Assembly: GCF_902459465.1 (NCBI RefSeq)
Contig: NC_047074.1
Location: forward strand, 1,178,001 to 1,242,000
Length of the DNA: 64,000 nt
Source: Asterias rubens
Taxonomy: Eukaryota
Direction: 5' to 3'
Below the pieces are notes generated by a model. That model was not told where the DNA came from. It worked only from the letters and a program-made list of their open reading frames with translations, and ran no database searches. Position numbers and translations under genes: made by a program. This document shows positions 12,761-24,792 of this stretch, in pieces; the first letter of the stretch is position 1; each line of letters starts with the position of its first letter.

Positions 12761-15700
12761 CTACAGGCAGACAAATTGCTCCACTGTTTGCGTGCACTCA
12801 TCGCACGTGACGTAACAGCACCAGTTGTATTTGCATCGACACTGCTCAGTGACCTCTGACACGAGTCTTTCGTAGCCTCTGCCGCAGCACATCACTTCAC
12901 AGCCTTCGCTACGTGGTGAAGTTCGGGGGTTGCAAGTTCTGTGGGGAAAATAATGATAAGTCATTGGTTAGCTATCATTGTGTGTTAATTTGGCTTCCGG
13001 GGCTGCATACTCCTCAGGAGTTGAGATGGGTGCGGAAATCCCCAGTGAAATTATTTTACAGGAGGCCTGAACAAATTATTGTAAAAGTAAAGGCGTTATA
13101 ACATGTTTGCTTTAAAAGCCTCCTTTTGCGAAACATGGTGGAGGTGTTAAATTAGATGCCGGGGCTGCATACTCCTAAGGAGTTGAGATGGGTGGGGAAA
13201 TCCCAAACTAAAATGCCTGTTTTAGTATATTTAAGTGCAATGTATGTTTGCTTAAAGACCTCCTCTTTAGAAAATTTAAAGTTTGAAAAGGTAATGCCCC
13301 CACGTGGGTTTACCAATATCATTTCATTGCACAATTCTGTGCTTTTTGGTTATAATGCCACGAATAATGTTTCCTTCAAACAAAACATTATGATATTCTT
13401 TAACTTAGTTTTATTGGTTTGATTTTCTTTTATTCGAATTTCAGTCTGTGAAGAGTTACCTGCCACGTGTGCCGTATGACCCATATCTGATATTCTGCCT
13501 GCAGTAGTCTGGTGAAGGAGTTAAGAAGATGAGGTCAAACAGTGTGTAGTTCTTACGCTGTGGATCTCTAGGGACTAGTTCCCGCCTCACCACTGTCCGG
13601 CGATATGATACCTCCGTTGCGCCTGAGTACTTCCGCTTGAGCGCCGACCCTGTGCAAAAGATGAAGACATGTTAATTTGACTGATGATGCTACACCGGCG
13701 ACATTTTGCCACTCTCAGTCAAGAGGGTCTTAAAGGTAAACTCAGTAAAGAAACGCAGAAATGACACTCAATATATAAATGTATAGATGGCCCCATAGCT
13801 AAATCAAATGAACACAAAGGGGAATCTCTGTTAAAGGGATACGTTGCCTTGGATCGGTCGAGTTGGTCCATGAAAAGCGTCTGAAACCGATTGTTAAAAC
13901 ATGCATTGGTTTGAAAGACTGATATTATAAAAGTGGGAACAGTACACGGCACGCCGTTTTATTGAGTAAAGTTTTTGACACCATAAAATGGCCGACCGTG
14001 TAAGTTCGTAAAGTAAAAGGAATTGCCACGCATGCACTTCATAACAATCTGTTTAAAACGCTTTTGTATGGACCAACTCGACCGATCCAAGGCAACGTTC
14101 CCTTTAATGCAAAAATAATGGTAGCCAAGAGTAAGCCACATAAAATGGAGATGGCCTTATCCAGGGGCCAATTTCATAGAGCTGCTTAAGCAAAAAATTT
14201 GCTTAAGGACGAAAATAGCTCGCTTATTTTACACATGTTACTGGCCAACATTTCATGCCATATACATTGCTTATGGCTAGTATTTAGCTGTTGTTTACTT
14301 AGCATAACAATTGAGTGGAGTCTTGCCCGGTAATCTGATTTTACTAAGCATACAATTTTTGCTTAAGCAACATTTTGTGCTTACGCAGCTCTATGAAACT
14401 GGGCCCTGGTCAGCATCGACCGTGCAAGTCGGAAGCCACATTGTCATCCTAGCTCAGGCATCAAGTGTAGAAGTCTAATCAATTTTATTCAGTTAGTATA
14501 ATCGAGATAAGTGGTTTACGGATAAGGCTTGGCAGGCAACAGACCGTACATAATAAATCTATAAAGAGGTGTGCGTGCTTAGAGTAGACATTTCATGAAT
14601 AATGTAAATTGTTGCACAACACGCACGCACACTTATACCACTGCTGGTTGCCAACCGAGGTAGACAAATCGCGCCTTTTTTGCGAATCAATGTCTGCACG
14701 GATTGGTTATAAGCATAACTTCAATGGAAATGTAAACAATACACAAAATACCAACCATTATTCCTCGCATGTTAGTGATAACGACAACCAAATAATTATA
14801 TGCATACACTTATTAGTAGCCTTCTACACAATCTAATATCGCCGCGGACTGTAAGTTACTTCAGAATTTGAATTTATACATCCCGCCAAAAATGTTCACA
14901 AGATGTAAAGAAACCGTTCTCTGGTAGGTGTTATACCTATCAGTGATTTCCCCCTTGTCTGCATCACTGTTTTAATTTCTCTGTTCATTTGGTGGATGTT
15001 TTTAATTTCCATACTCAAAATTTGTTTTACCTCACAAACAAATTATGCGACTAGGTTTACTATAATGAGTTTATAATAAAATGCCGATTGTCAGCACAAG
15101 TTCGCAAAGTCTAGATTACTGTATAATGATAACGGTTATTGCGAGATCGTCGTCACCTGAACATTTGATAACGTTAGAGGGCGTACCTACGACTGAGATG
15201 TTGGGAAGGGATTGCCAGCAAGTCTTGAGGTTGCATGATCCAGATACTCCGTGGCATTTACACCGTCGCTTCACACTTGACTGTATCAACTGGAAAGCAT
15301 AAACAAGAAAAAAACAAACATTATACTAGTTTTATTTTGGATACTCGAGATATGAATTATAATGGGCACGAGACCACAAAACACCGTGGTCTAGTAGTCA
15401 GACTGCATGATGACTTGCAATCACAAGGTTGTAGGTTCGAATTCTACCGCTTACCACTGATTTCAGATGTCATGGCTCCAGCTTCTGTGTTCTTTGTACG
15501 CCCATGTGTTAGCAAGTGGGTCAGTGCGTGTGGCGTACGGGTTCCTGACTGGGTGTTCGACCAGAATCGGGAAAGCAGCAATTTGTACACAGCCAAAATG
15601 GCGGCTGTTTTGCACGCAAAGTTTACTCATAACGGTCTTGCACAGTGACAGGGTTCTTAGGGTTGCCTGAGTATTACCGAAATAATTGTTCCATGTATTT

Positions 15701-18700
15701 TGGCAAACGTAACAAACCCCTTTGTTTTATCGGTTCACTTTCATATTAAAAGTGTTTGAATTTTAAGACAAGTGAAGCTTAAATATCAGACTTACTTTTA
15801 TGCCAGCTCCATTGTTATGCAGATTCATCCGCGACTTTGGATTGTCTCTGTTCCTGTTGGTCAATAGAGGGCCGTTTGCAAACCTTCCTGTAAACTCAAC
15901 AGCGTAGTCTACGTTGTCGCTGCAGCCGCCCCAGCGGAATGTCTCTCTTGCGTCGTTAGGGGGCGCATCTTCACTGTCTTCGAACGGCAGCTGCCCGCAA
16001 CCGCACCGCGACAGGATACCAGCGCTGCAAGAGATTGCGAGTGTGTGTACCAAGCTTGCTGCTGATAGAGCCTGGACGAAAGCTGCTTCCCTGGTACCTG
16101 TTTTATAAGTAAAATATCAACATTAAATATCATTTTGCTTAGTAAATCAACTGTTGCGTTCACTGTGAGTAATAGGGCACCATGCCGGTTCGGGGCATTA
16201 ATTGCGCAACATGACCACACATTGTGTACCTCTGTGTTCAGTTTATATTTGCCCTGTCATGGACGAGCAGTGGGCAATTTAGTTAGTTTGACACAGAGAC
16301 GAGCAGTGATTATTAATCATAAAAACTGTGACTTCTTGGTGAAGGTTTGATCTACATGCACCAGTTACTATAGAATCAGATAAATACGCATGTCCAAAGA
16401 AGACCCCTAGAGGGCGCTGTTCAACTTAACACCCACAATAGCTTACCTTTATCCAAGTCCGGAGTGAAGTTTGGTGCGGATACGATACTGCTACAATTCC
16501 ATCGACGGTCCTGGAACTGTTCTTGACACGTGTCAAAGGTCACAGTCGTAGACTCCACTACAGCCGACATTACGTCGAGATTTCTTTTGCAAAGTGACGT
16601 CTGAGGGGAGACTAGCAGTCGTGTTGATTTGCAGACAGTTGCATTCGCCCATATCGTGTTTTTATGGTCTTTTGTTAATGCTCTGGTAGGGGAAAAAGGC
16701 AATAGCACATCAAAAGATTTTCCAAAGAGAAATAACTTGAGAGAAATAGGCTGGGGAAACATAGACACAAACACTCCAACAAACAAATAAAGAAACAAAC
16801 ACCCCCAATAAACAAAGAATTAAGAAAGAAACAAACGTCAGAAACAAATGAAAAAACGAAGGAAATAAAACGTCCATAACAAACACCCAAACAGACAAAC
16901 ATTCACCCTAACAACCCAACAAAAACTTCCCCAGCCCCAAGACTTCAAAAACCGCGCTTCATTTAACGGTAGACGTTCAATTCAACTGTGTCACCAAAAC
17001 GAACACCATGTTTTTTGGGAGTCAGAGTTACCTAATCTTGTTTTTACTTTCTAATAGTTACACCACGGCAAGGTCTTTTCCTAGTTCCATTACCCGGAAG
17101 TTAATTCAGAGTTGATTTCCGCAAGGGTCTATCATTGGTCCTAATGTCCTAATTGGCAGGTTGACATTGACGCATTGACGTGAACAGTCCCTGTGAATTA
17201 AGGATGAAATCTTAAAAGGACGTGAAGACCTTTTGATGGTGTCAGTTTGATGTAAAAGGAGGTCAACTAGCATACAGATATCAATACTTGTTTCCTGTTC
17301 ATTGTGTGTTTTGTGTGTAGGGTCCATTTTGAACCCTTGAGATTTGTAAAAGTTACGATAATTTGCCGTTGAACATAATGTGCTGACAAGCTATTACAGA
17401 GGAGCAAGGTACACCCAGTCTGATGTGGGAACCCCCCCCCCCACCCCATGTTGACAATGGGTTAATTCTTCATACTACCGATCAAAGACATCTGCATTCT
17501 AGAGATGTGGGTGGCACGGTTGGCTTGTGCGTAAAAAGCGCTCGCCTCTCACCAAGGTGACCCCGGTTCGATTTCCGGCCGGGGCCATATGTGAGTTGGT
17601 TCTCTGCCACGAGGGTTTTCCATACCATCCGGTTTTCCTCCCTTGGGAAAAAAAACCCAACACTTTCGATCTTGGCTGTGCTCCGCGGTCATAATGAGTT
17701 GATGTGGCTGGCAGCCAAAGGCGCCCTTGCATGGCAGCTTCTCGAACACGTTGTAGCCGCGTCCTTCGCAATTTTCAGCTTTTAGCTGAGAGGAAGGATG
17801 ATTACCCCCCCCCCCCCCCCCCCCCTGGGCACAGAGGGTAAAACCCAAACAAACTCATGTTTTCACATGAAGAGAGATTGATACCTTTGATACGATGTTA
17901 GGAACATCCAAGAAGAAATGAAGAACAGGCACAGTAGGTAAGACAATAAGCATATTATGAATTCACACGCAAAGAGAGAGAATCTTTGAGATGACGGTAG
18001 GTACATCATTGGGCACTGTATAGGTAAGACCACATGAAACACATGCTTTCATATGAAGGGGGATACCTTTGAGACGATGTTCTGGACATCAAAGATGCAG
18101 GAGTAATGGGCAAAGTGGGTAAGACCATAACAAACTCATGCTTTCACATGAAGGGGAACTATACCTTTGAGACGACGTTAGGAACATCAAAGATGCAGGA
18201 GTAAAGACTACACAATACTCATGCTTTCACATGAGGAGAGAGATGCTTTTGAGACGATGTTAGGAACATCAAAGTGGAATGAAGGAATAAAAGGCACAGT
18301 AGGTAAGACTGTAAGAATGTCATGCTTTCACACTCAAAGAGAGAAAATCTTTGAGATGACGTTAGGTACATCATGGGCACCGTAGGTAAAGACTGGACCT
18401 CATACTTTCACGTGAAGGGGGATACCTTTGAGACGATCATGGGTGCAGGAGTAACGGGCAAAGTTTGTAAGACTTGAAGAAACTCATGCTTTCACATGAA
18501 GAGAGACTGATACCTTTAAGACGATGTTAGACGGCCATAGATGCGGGAATAATTAGCACAGCGGGTATCAAACTTTACAGTTATCCTTAATAGGATTGCA
18601 CCTGATTCTAGCTCAACCGGTCGGGGATTGTTGAACCCTTTACAAAGCGGCACTCTTACCAGTGATTTAATCCTCTTTATACGTACCGCACCGAATCCTT

Positions 18701-21001
18701 AATTAGTCCCCAAAAGTAAAGCCATGTCTGTCTCCAGTAGGAGATCTCCAGTAGGAGATCCCAAGTCAAACTTCCAATCTTTCTTGGTGCGGGTGGTGGG
18801 CGTGATACAGGCCCCCCTCACTAATGAGCTCTTGTGCCCCTAACAATCCACCATCGTGGGTGTGTAATTGTGACACCATTATGGATCGGCCTTTTCAATA
18901 TACGTCTTGCTGGGAGGCTTTTGGGCCAGGTGTGGTTGATCTAAGAGGCTGATCTGTTAGGTTACCACTCAAGGGCCATTGTAAGACCATGGAGGTAGAA
19001 ATAGAAGACGTTCTTATCAACAGACATGTTTTTCGGTCTGTTGCCTATAAACACGTTGTGAATAGAGGCATGTGGTTTATCATTTTCGATCCGGTAATCT
19101 GAGTTTCACGTTGGACAAACCCGTAACCCTACATGTGATATTTACAATACTGAAAACTCAAAATTCAAATATATTTGTAGCAAAAGTTATCACTTTGATA
19201 AAACGTAAACCACCGTACTTTTGGTTAACATAAGATGAACTCTTTTCCCTCCATCTTTGTGCTTGTTGTGTTGATGTATGTTATATTTTGAGGAGAGCGA
19301 GTGTAAATTAAGTACAATTTTGACTGGAATCGATTTGAATACTACCTCAATCTACAACCCTGCCCATAACTCGTTGCCCAAAGGTTTCGATCAATGCTGT
19401 ACCTCATTAATGGGAAAGTTTAGACTATTACGATTATTCATTTTAGTATTATTCGTTCGGCCAAGAGTCCAACTCAAATGCAACAATACAATAAAATAGT
19501 TTCTTGTTCAAGAAACTAAAGATGTGCTATGTTCATGGAACCACAATATAAATGCCATAACAAATATTGGAACCAAGTGATAATTAGACAAACTCATTCT
19601 GAAATGACCATCTTAATGAAAACAAAGTGAACTAGATTTCTTTGACTCATTGTAGAAGAGTCCCAAACAAGTTTAAAGTTAAAGTGGTAACAATATTGAG
19701 CGGGGAACGGGAAAGTATGTTTTGTTGTCAGGGGCCCATGCATGGAGGTATGTCCTTCCTACATGGGTGGGCCGGGCATTTTGGCTGAGACTCTAGTACT
19801 CTACGATGGTGAAAAAGTTCATCAGATGGCAGTGTGGGAATTCTACAAATGCTTGAATTCGTGTCCTCAAGGGAATTACAATGTAACTGCCTTCCTCGTT
19901 GGCGGGACAATTGCCGGCACAATCGACATTCTTTCACTATTCCTCTTATGTTACAATATACATGCGTGTGTGTTCTGTTTGTTAGCCTTCGAGACAGACT
20001 CTGCCAGGGTCGAAACGTCAGGCCGTTAACAACTGTTTTATTTATTTTTAAGTTAAATATCTTTGTTGGCATTCGACGCTGTTCCTTTGTCGATAAAGCA
20101 CGTGTTTAGAATTAACAAAAATATAATTATTACCGACTGACAGATTCACACATAAGTTGGTGGTGGAAAACTTCCCTTTGAGGTATTTTACCTGGAATGC
20201 TATAGATTTTCTGAGGATTTAATTAATAATTTTTGTTTTAAACATTGATGAAATGTTTCACTATTTCACTCTGACTCCGGTGGTCGATTGACAATTTTGG
20301 TTTTCCACAGGTTTGTTGTTTCATTGTTTCTTGGGTCACACAAGGTCTGAACCGTTGACAATCTTATGCCATTCTTGACCGCGCGCTTTAAAATTCCAAA
20401 TCATACCTTTTACATAAAAATGAACCCGCTACAGGCGGTTTTTGAATTATATAACTATCAGATCTGACAATATTCACGATGATTTTCCACAACTTTCTTG
20501 ACTGGAAGGTGGGAGTCAGGGCTTGTATTACTTCTTAAATTCGAGTTCAGAATGGCTTTCCATATATAGTTTATTTTACATCTGTTTATGGTATAAAAAA
20601 CATAGTTATAATATTATTTTATGACAAATAATATCAGTCTCTTATAATCTATCTATCTACATTTATATCTATAATTACTATTTCGTAACAAGTAGTATCC
20701 TCATATCACAATTTCTATCACCGTATATGTGTGAGACCTTTTCTGGCGGTTCTGTCATAAAGGCTGTAGACTTGACTCAAGTCCCAATTGTATTTGACGT
20801 TCACTCCGTAGTGTGTCTCAACCCTATGTTTATACGAGTATGCTCGAAACACTGCTTGTGAGAGTCCATTGGACACCTTGGATAGAGATAATTAAAAGTA
20901 CTTTATACTTACATCCATTTTAGTGTGGAGGCCCTAGATGTGAAGGGGACGATTGCAATAAGAGCTAAAACAACCAAGGCGAACATCTCATACAGGAGCA
21001 T
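12761..21001 (-). CDS. WNT11: Wnt11-family secreted ligand, 6 coding exons, 365 aa
   Basis: Exons on the - strand: 21001-20913 ([29 protein letters not shown], signal-peptide-like), 16682-16447, 16097-15796, 15289-15187, 13649-13460, 12938-12761 (TAG). All junctions are GT-AG and phases are consistent; total 1098 nt. Wnt motifs: [70 protein letters not shown]...CK...LVSPQ..LC..NL and [14 protein letters not shown] resemble Wnt11 (APNYLLDLERGTRE) more than other subfamilies. Confidence 0.9.
13831..14107. mobile_element. TTAA-flanked MITE, family B, long TIRs, Wnt11 intron 4
   Basis: TTAAAGGGATACGTTGCCTTGGATCGGTCGAGTTGGTCC / GGACCAACTCGACCGATCCAAGGCAACGTTCCCTTTAA. Relatives at 1436-1788, 39320-39380 and ~63050-63320. 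Confidence 0.87.
14161..14408. mobile_element. Foldback MITE (Harbinger-like)
   Basis: CCAGGGGCCAATTTCATAGAGCTGCTTAAGCA / TGCTTACGCAGCTCTATGAAACTGGGCCCTGG. Confidence 0.8.
17509..17805 (+). mobile_element. tRNA-derived SINE, near full length
   Basis: Head GGTGGCACGGTTGGC...GGTTCGATTTCC (B-box); central GAGGGTTTT...CCGGTTTTCCTCCC resembling conserved metazoan SINE core domains; followed by poly-C. Confidence 0.75.
17850..18570. repeat. Degenerate tandem array, ~8 units of ~80-100 bp, in Wnt11 intron 1
   Basis: The block CTCATGCTTTCACATGAAG..GATACCTTTGAGACGATGTTAGGAACATCAAAG recurs near 17853, 17951, 18040, 18134, 18217, 18320, 18398 and 18481 with variable linkers. Confidence 0.85.
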
Positions 21002-22099
21002 CTTCAAACACACCGAGAAATAACTCCTCAAACAGTTCCGTCAAAAAAAATGTCCAGACAGTGTGTTCTCGTCTTCGTGGAAAAAAAAACTGTATCAATG
21101 ATAGGTTTTGGTATTCCGTTGTCAACCTCCTTTAAGGACAGTCCCCTTTGTACTATAATTAAGAGCCCGCAGAGGTGGTAACACCCATCCAATAGCCAGA
21201 ATCACTGCAGGCTATTTTTCTTGTCCGTGACAACATGTCATCCGTGTTTTTCCTGTAACGGCTGATGCTCGCCAGCGTTGTGTGGTAGTCTCTTAATTAG
21301 GAGATGCTCTCTAAAGCTTTTCCATCCCTGTGATGACGAAGGTACCTCAACAATCCCCCGCGGGGTCGGACACCTAATTTGTGAGACGGTTTTTAAAAGG
21401 ATGGGTCATTTCGGGATCCCTTTTGAGTGGTGGGATCTTACCACCGAGTTGTGTGGCGGTGAAGGGGGATGGGTGAAGCTGGTCAAAGACCGGGATTTGG
21501 GACACAAGGCGTCTCCTATTAGATCACTGTCACTGGGGTCAATCAAGCGTTAGACACCTGAGAAGTCAGCGACAGGTGAAATGTTGGTCTTTTGCTGATG
21601 CCTTCTAATTCTCTCTCCTCTCTCGACATGAAGAATGTCTTGGGTTGACCACTGAGTGGTTTCTTCTTGTACAGACAGATACTGCCACTGGGCAGACTTT
21701 TCAGAGCTATGTCTATAATGTGATGCATGTCTGTCAGGAATCGTTTAAATTGCTGTAAGTTTGTTTCCACCAAGGTGGTTTCGAGGTTAACAAGTTATTT
21801 TGAAGTTAGGACATCAATGTCTTTTTAGAAGAAACAGAAATTGTAATTTTAAGTCAATTGGTAAAGGTTAAAATTGCATTCAAGAAACTGTATTGTGTGT
21901 CTTTTCACAGCGAAATGTTTTTATTTATGATAAGTCTCAAAGTTAGTTTTCTAAATTTTTTGGGTCAAAACGTGATCAGGCTTGAACCATAATATAGAGC
22001 CCAATGAAAGTTATACTGTCTGGTCAATGATGGACTCTCGCATGGCTGCCCCCCCCCCTCCCCAGCATGCAATGCTAGCCCATAGAGAAGTCACATTAA

Positions 22100-22300
22100 T
22101 TTGCGTTGTTTTCATTACCAGGGGTTATTCACGAGAGGTGTTGATTCGGTGCGCTGCCCATTGTTTGTGAGGTTGTGACGCGCGCGGCTTGCTTGTGTGA
22201 CGCAAAAAGTTTAAACAAAAGCAGTTTACGTCACAATGTCAACGTGCGTGATTGGCTGGAAGTTTGTGTGCGCATCGGATTGTGTAGCTGTGCAACCACA
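22100..22300. promoter_or_regulatory. Putative promoter between the divergent Wnt11 and TSSK-like genes
   Basis: CpG-richer patch with an inverted CCAAT (GATTGG ~22250) and CRE-like half sites (TGACGC, ACGTCA) about 300 bp upstream of the kinase ATG. Confidence 0.35.
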
Positions 22301-22549
22301 AAATCATGAGCTATGTATTTATGCATTAATTGGATTAAACATATCAATGTATGAACAGTACTCATCTACTGCTCGTCTGCTTCTTGCACAACACAACATA
22401 AGACTAAACTGGTAAACTTGATCATTGTTTTGGTGACTCGGAGAGAGTTGAAGTCATGCCGAAGTGCTTGTTTATCACCAAAGGAAAAATGCCGTAATAA
22501 ACATGGTTAGAATATAATTAATAAGTTATCAAAAGCCAGTCATTTGAAA

Positions 22550-24792
22550 ATGACGTTTGGAATGAGTGATGCTTTGAACCCGAAAACACCGAAAGCACAA
22601 AACATTAAGAGTGGAGATAGACCACGGTCGGCCTTAGGGAACGCGTACGAGAGGCTGCGGCAGCTAGTCCGCCCGAAGCCAAAGAAGAAGCAGGATGTAC
22701 CGGTTAAGACAGAGGAGGCCGTCGACAGGAAGCCCAAGCCGAAAACAACTAAGGCTAAGGGTTCCGAGGAACCGTCTAAGACACGGGGTCTAGCTGATTC
22801 TTGGGACCGACAGCGGAAGGTGAAGGAGGACCAGACCACCACGACAGTCGGGAAGCCGACCCAGCAGTACAAAACTCTCGACGGCAGCAGGGCATGTTCC
22901 AACTCCACGCAGAGACCTAGACGAAAGAAGCATTCCAAGAGAAGGGCCTACGCGAAGGCTGATTCCGCGGACTCGTCAAGCAGCTGCGAAGGGAACGAGC
23001 ACGCCGACAACGAGGACCTGTGGTTCCTCTCCCGAAGGGGAATCGAACTGGAGAAGAAGCTAGGGGAAGGTATGCATTTCCTGTAACTTCTTGTATTGTC
23101 TTCCTGTCTGTTCCTAAATCATCAACACTACGTCCTCATTGCTGTTTATTATACCAACAACATTATTGTGTAATGAATAGGGTAGATGGTCTTAGCTTTC
23201 GATCCAAACAACATTATTATGTTATAAATAAATAATAAATATGTATCAATAATATTGTGTTGATATTGATTTGTTTTCATCCTTTATGAATTAAATTGTT
23301 ATGTTTGGTTTATGTTGATTTGGTTTTGTAATTGTAGCGCATTTCAAAACAAGCCTTCCTAGCTTCTGATGCCCGTAGTGGTTTTCTCTGTAGGTTCCAT
23401 ATCTATTAAATTATATTCTTTTTTAAATTGCATTTTCTTGATCTGTTCTTGGCTGTCTTTGACTTAAATAATATTGTACTCAACTTTGTGTTTCTCCTTC
23501 TCTGACCAATATGGAAATAGATGTTGATTGAAATTGATTTGAAATTGAATTGAAGGTACGTACGCTCAGGTCCACGCCGGTCACCAGGTAAAGTGCAACC
23601 GCCAAGTAGCCGTCAAGATCATCTCACTGGCGATGACCAACCAGAGATACCGCTCTAAGTTTCTACCCCGCGAGACGGACATCCTCCGGAAGGTGAACCA
23701 CCCCAACATCATTCACCTCTTCGATACGCTCAGGTACGGCCAGAAGGTCTTCTTCGTGACTGAGCTTGCCCATAGAGGAGACCTGCTGTGCTACGTTCAG
23801 AAGCTTAAGGTCCTATCCTCACCGGTGGCTCGCACAATCTTCTCCCAGATTGCTGACGGCATAGAGTACTTGCATCAAAACGGCATCTACCATCGGGATC
23901 TTAAGTGTGAGAATATCCTACTCGACCCGGGTGATAGGGTGAAGCTGACGGATTTTGGGTTCGCTAGGGAGTGGTACGAACCGAACAACCTCTGCCGGAC
24001 CTTCTGTGGAAGCGCTGCCTACGCCTCGCCGGAGATTCTCTCTGGTGTGTCGTATGAACCAAGCACGGCTGACGTCTGGAGCATGGGAGTTGTACTGTAT
24101 GTTATGGTATGTTATTTAGTTAGGGAATACTCATCATGAAGTATCCTTTAAAATAATAGTATTTATCTCGGATGATGTTTTGTTTCAGTTTCACAAACTC
24201 TTCAACAAAACGTTTGGATGATGTGGGGGGGGATGTAAACTTTAACATGGCTCGCTTGCAACCTTTGTTTAGAATGGCTTCTCGTTTCAGTTTGTGAAAA
24301 TTGTTCAGATTTCTACTTTTAAATAATTCTGTTTCAACTCTTTGGAAAACATTATTATTGGAAAATCACTGTTGTCGCCGTACTTTTATAAAATTATATT
24401 CAACGGGGTCGGGGGGGGGGGGGGGGTGGCACTTTTTGTTCAAAGGCGCTGAGGCACAGAAGAAATAAAGATGATGCTTACGACCGTGGGTTACCATCTT
24501 TGTGGGTACTCGGGTAAAAAATGGAAACTTGTTTCGGGTCACTACCAACTATAACCCTACCTTAATGTTGTTTTTGTAGGTGCAGGGTAAAATGCCTTTT
24601 GACGATGCTGACGTAAAGCGCATGCTCCACGTGGTCAGGAAGTATGACGTCACCTTCTTCTCCAAACGCCCTCTATCGGCACATTTGAAGGCACTCATCC
24701 AGTCTATTTTGAACCACGGGCAATGGGATCGCGCCACCATCGGCGACATTAAGTCTAGCCGATGGCTGATGGAAAGTTCAGTCAAGGCGTGA
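22550..24792 (+). CDS. Testis-specific serine/threonine kinase (TSSK)-like CAMK-group kinase, 3 exons, 427 aa
   Basis: Exons 22550-23069, 23556-24106, 24580-24792 (TGA); phases 1 and 0 are consistent; 1284 nt. Kinase motifs: LGEGTYAQV, VAVKII, KFLPRE, HRDLKCENILL, DFGFAR, TFCGSAAYASPE, DVWSMGVVLY. KFLPRE, HRDLKCEN and TFCGSAAYA are typical of the TSSK family. Confidence 0.88.

Noticed and set aside
17850-18570. CRISPR-like repeat/spacer array
   Set aside because: The linkers are mutually homologous and the repeats are degenerate; this is a decayed tandem repeat.
19742-20029. 95-aa plus-strand ORF as a nested gene in Wnt11 intron 1
   Set aside because: No recognisable family or exon chain, and it ends in a retroelement-like terminal motif.
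22540-22938. 132-aa minus-strand ORF
   Set aside because: Antisense to kinase exon 1; its hydrophobicity reflects the Lys-rich sense strand.
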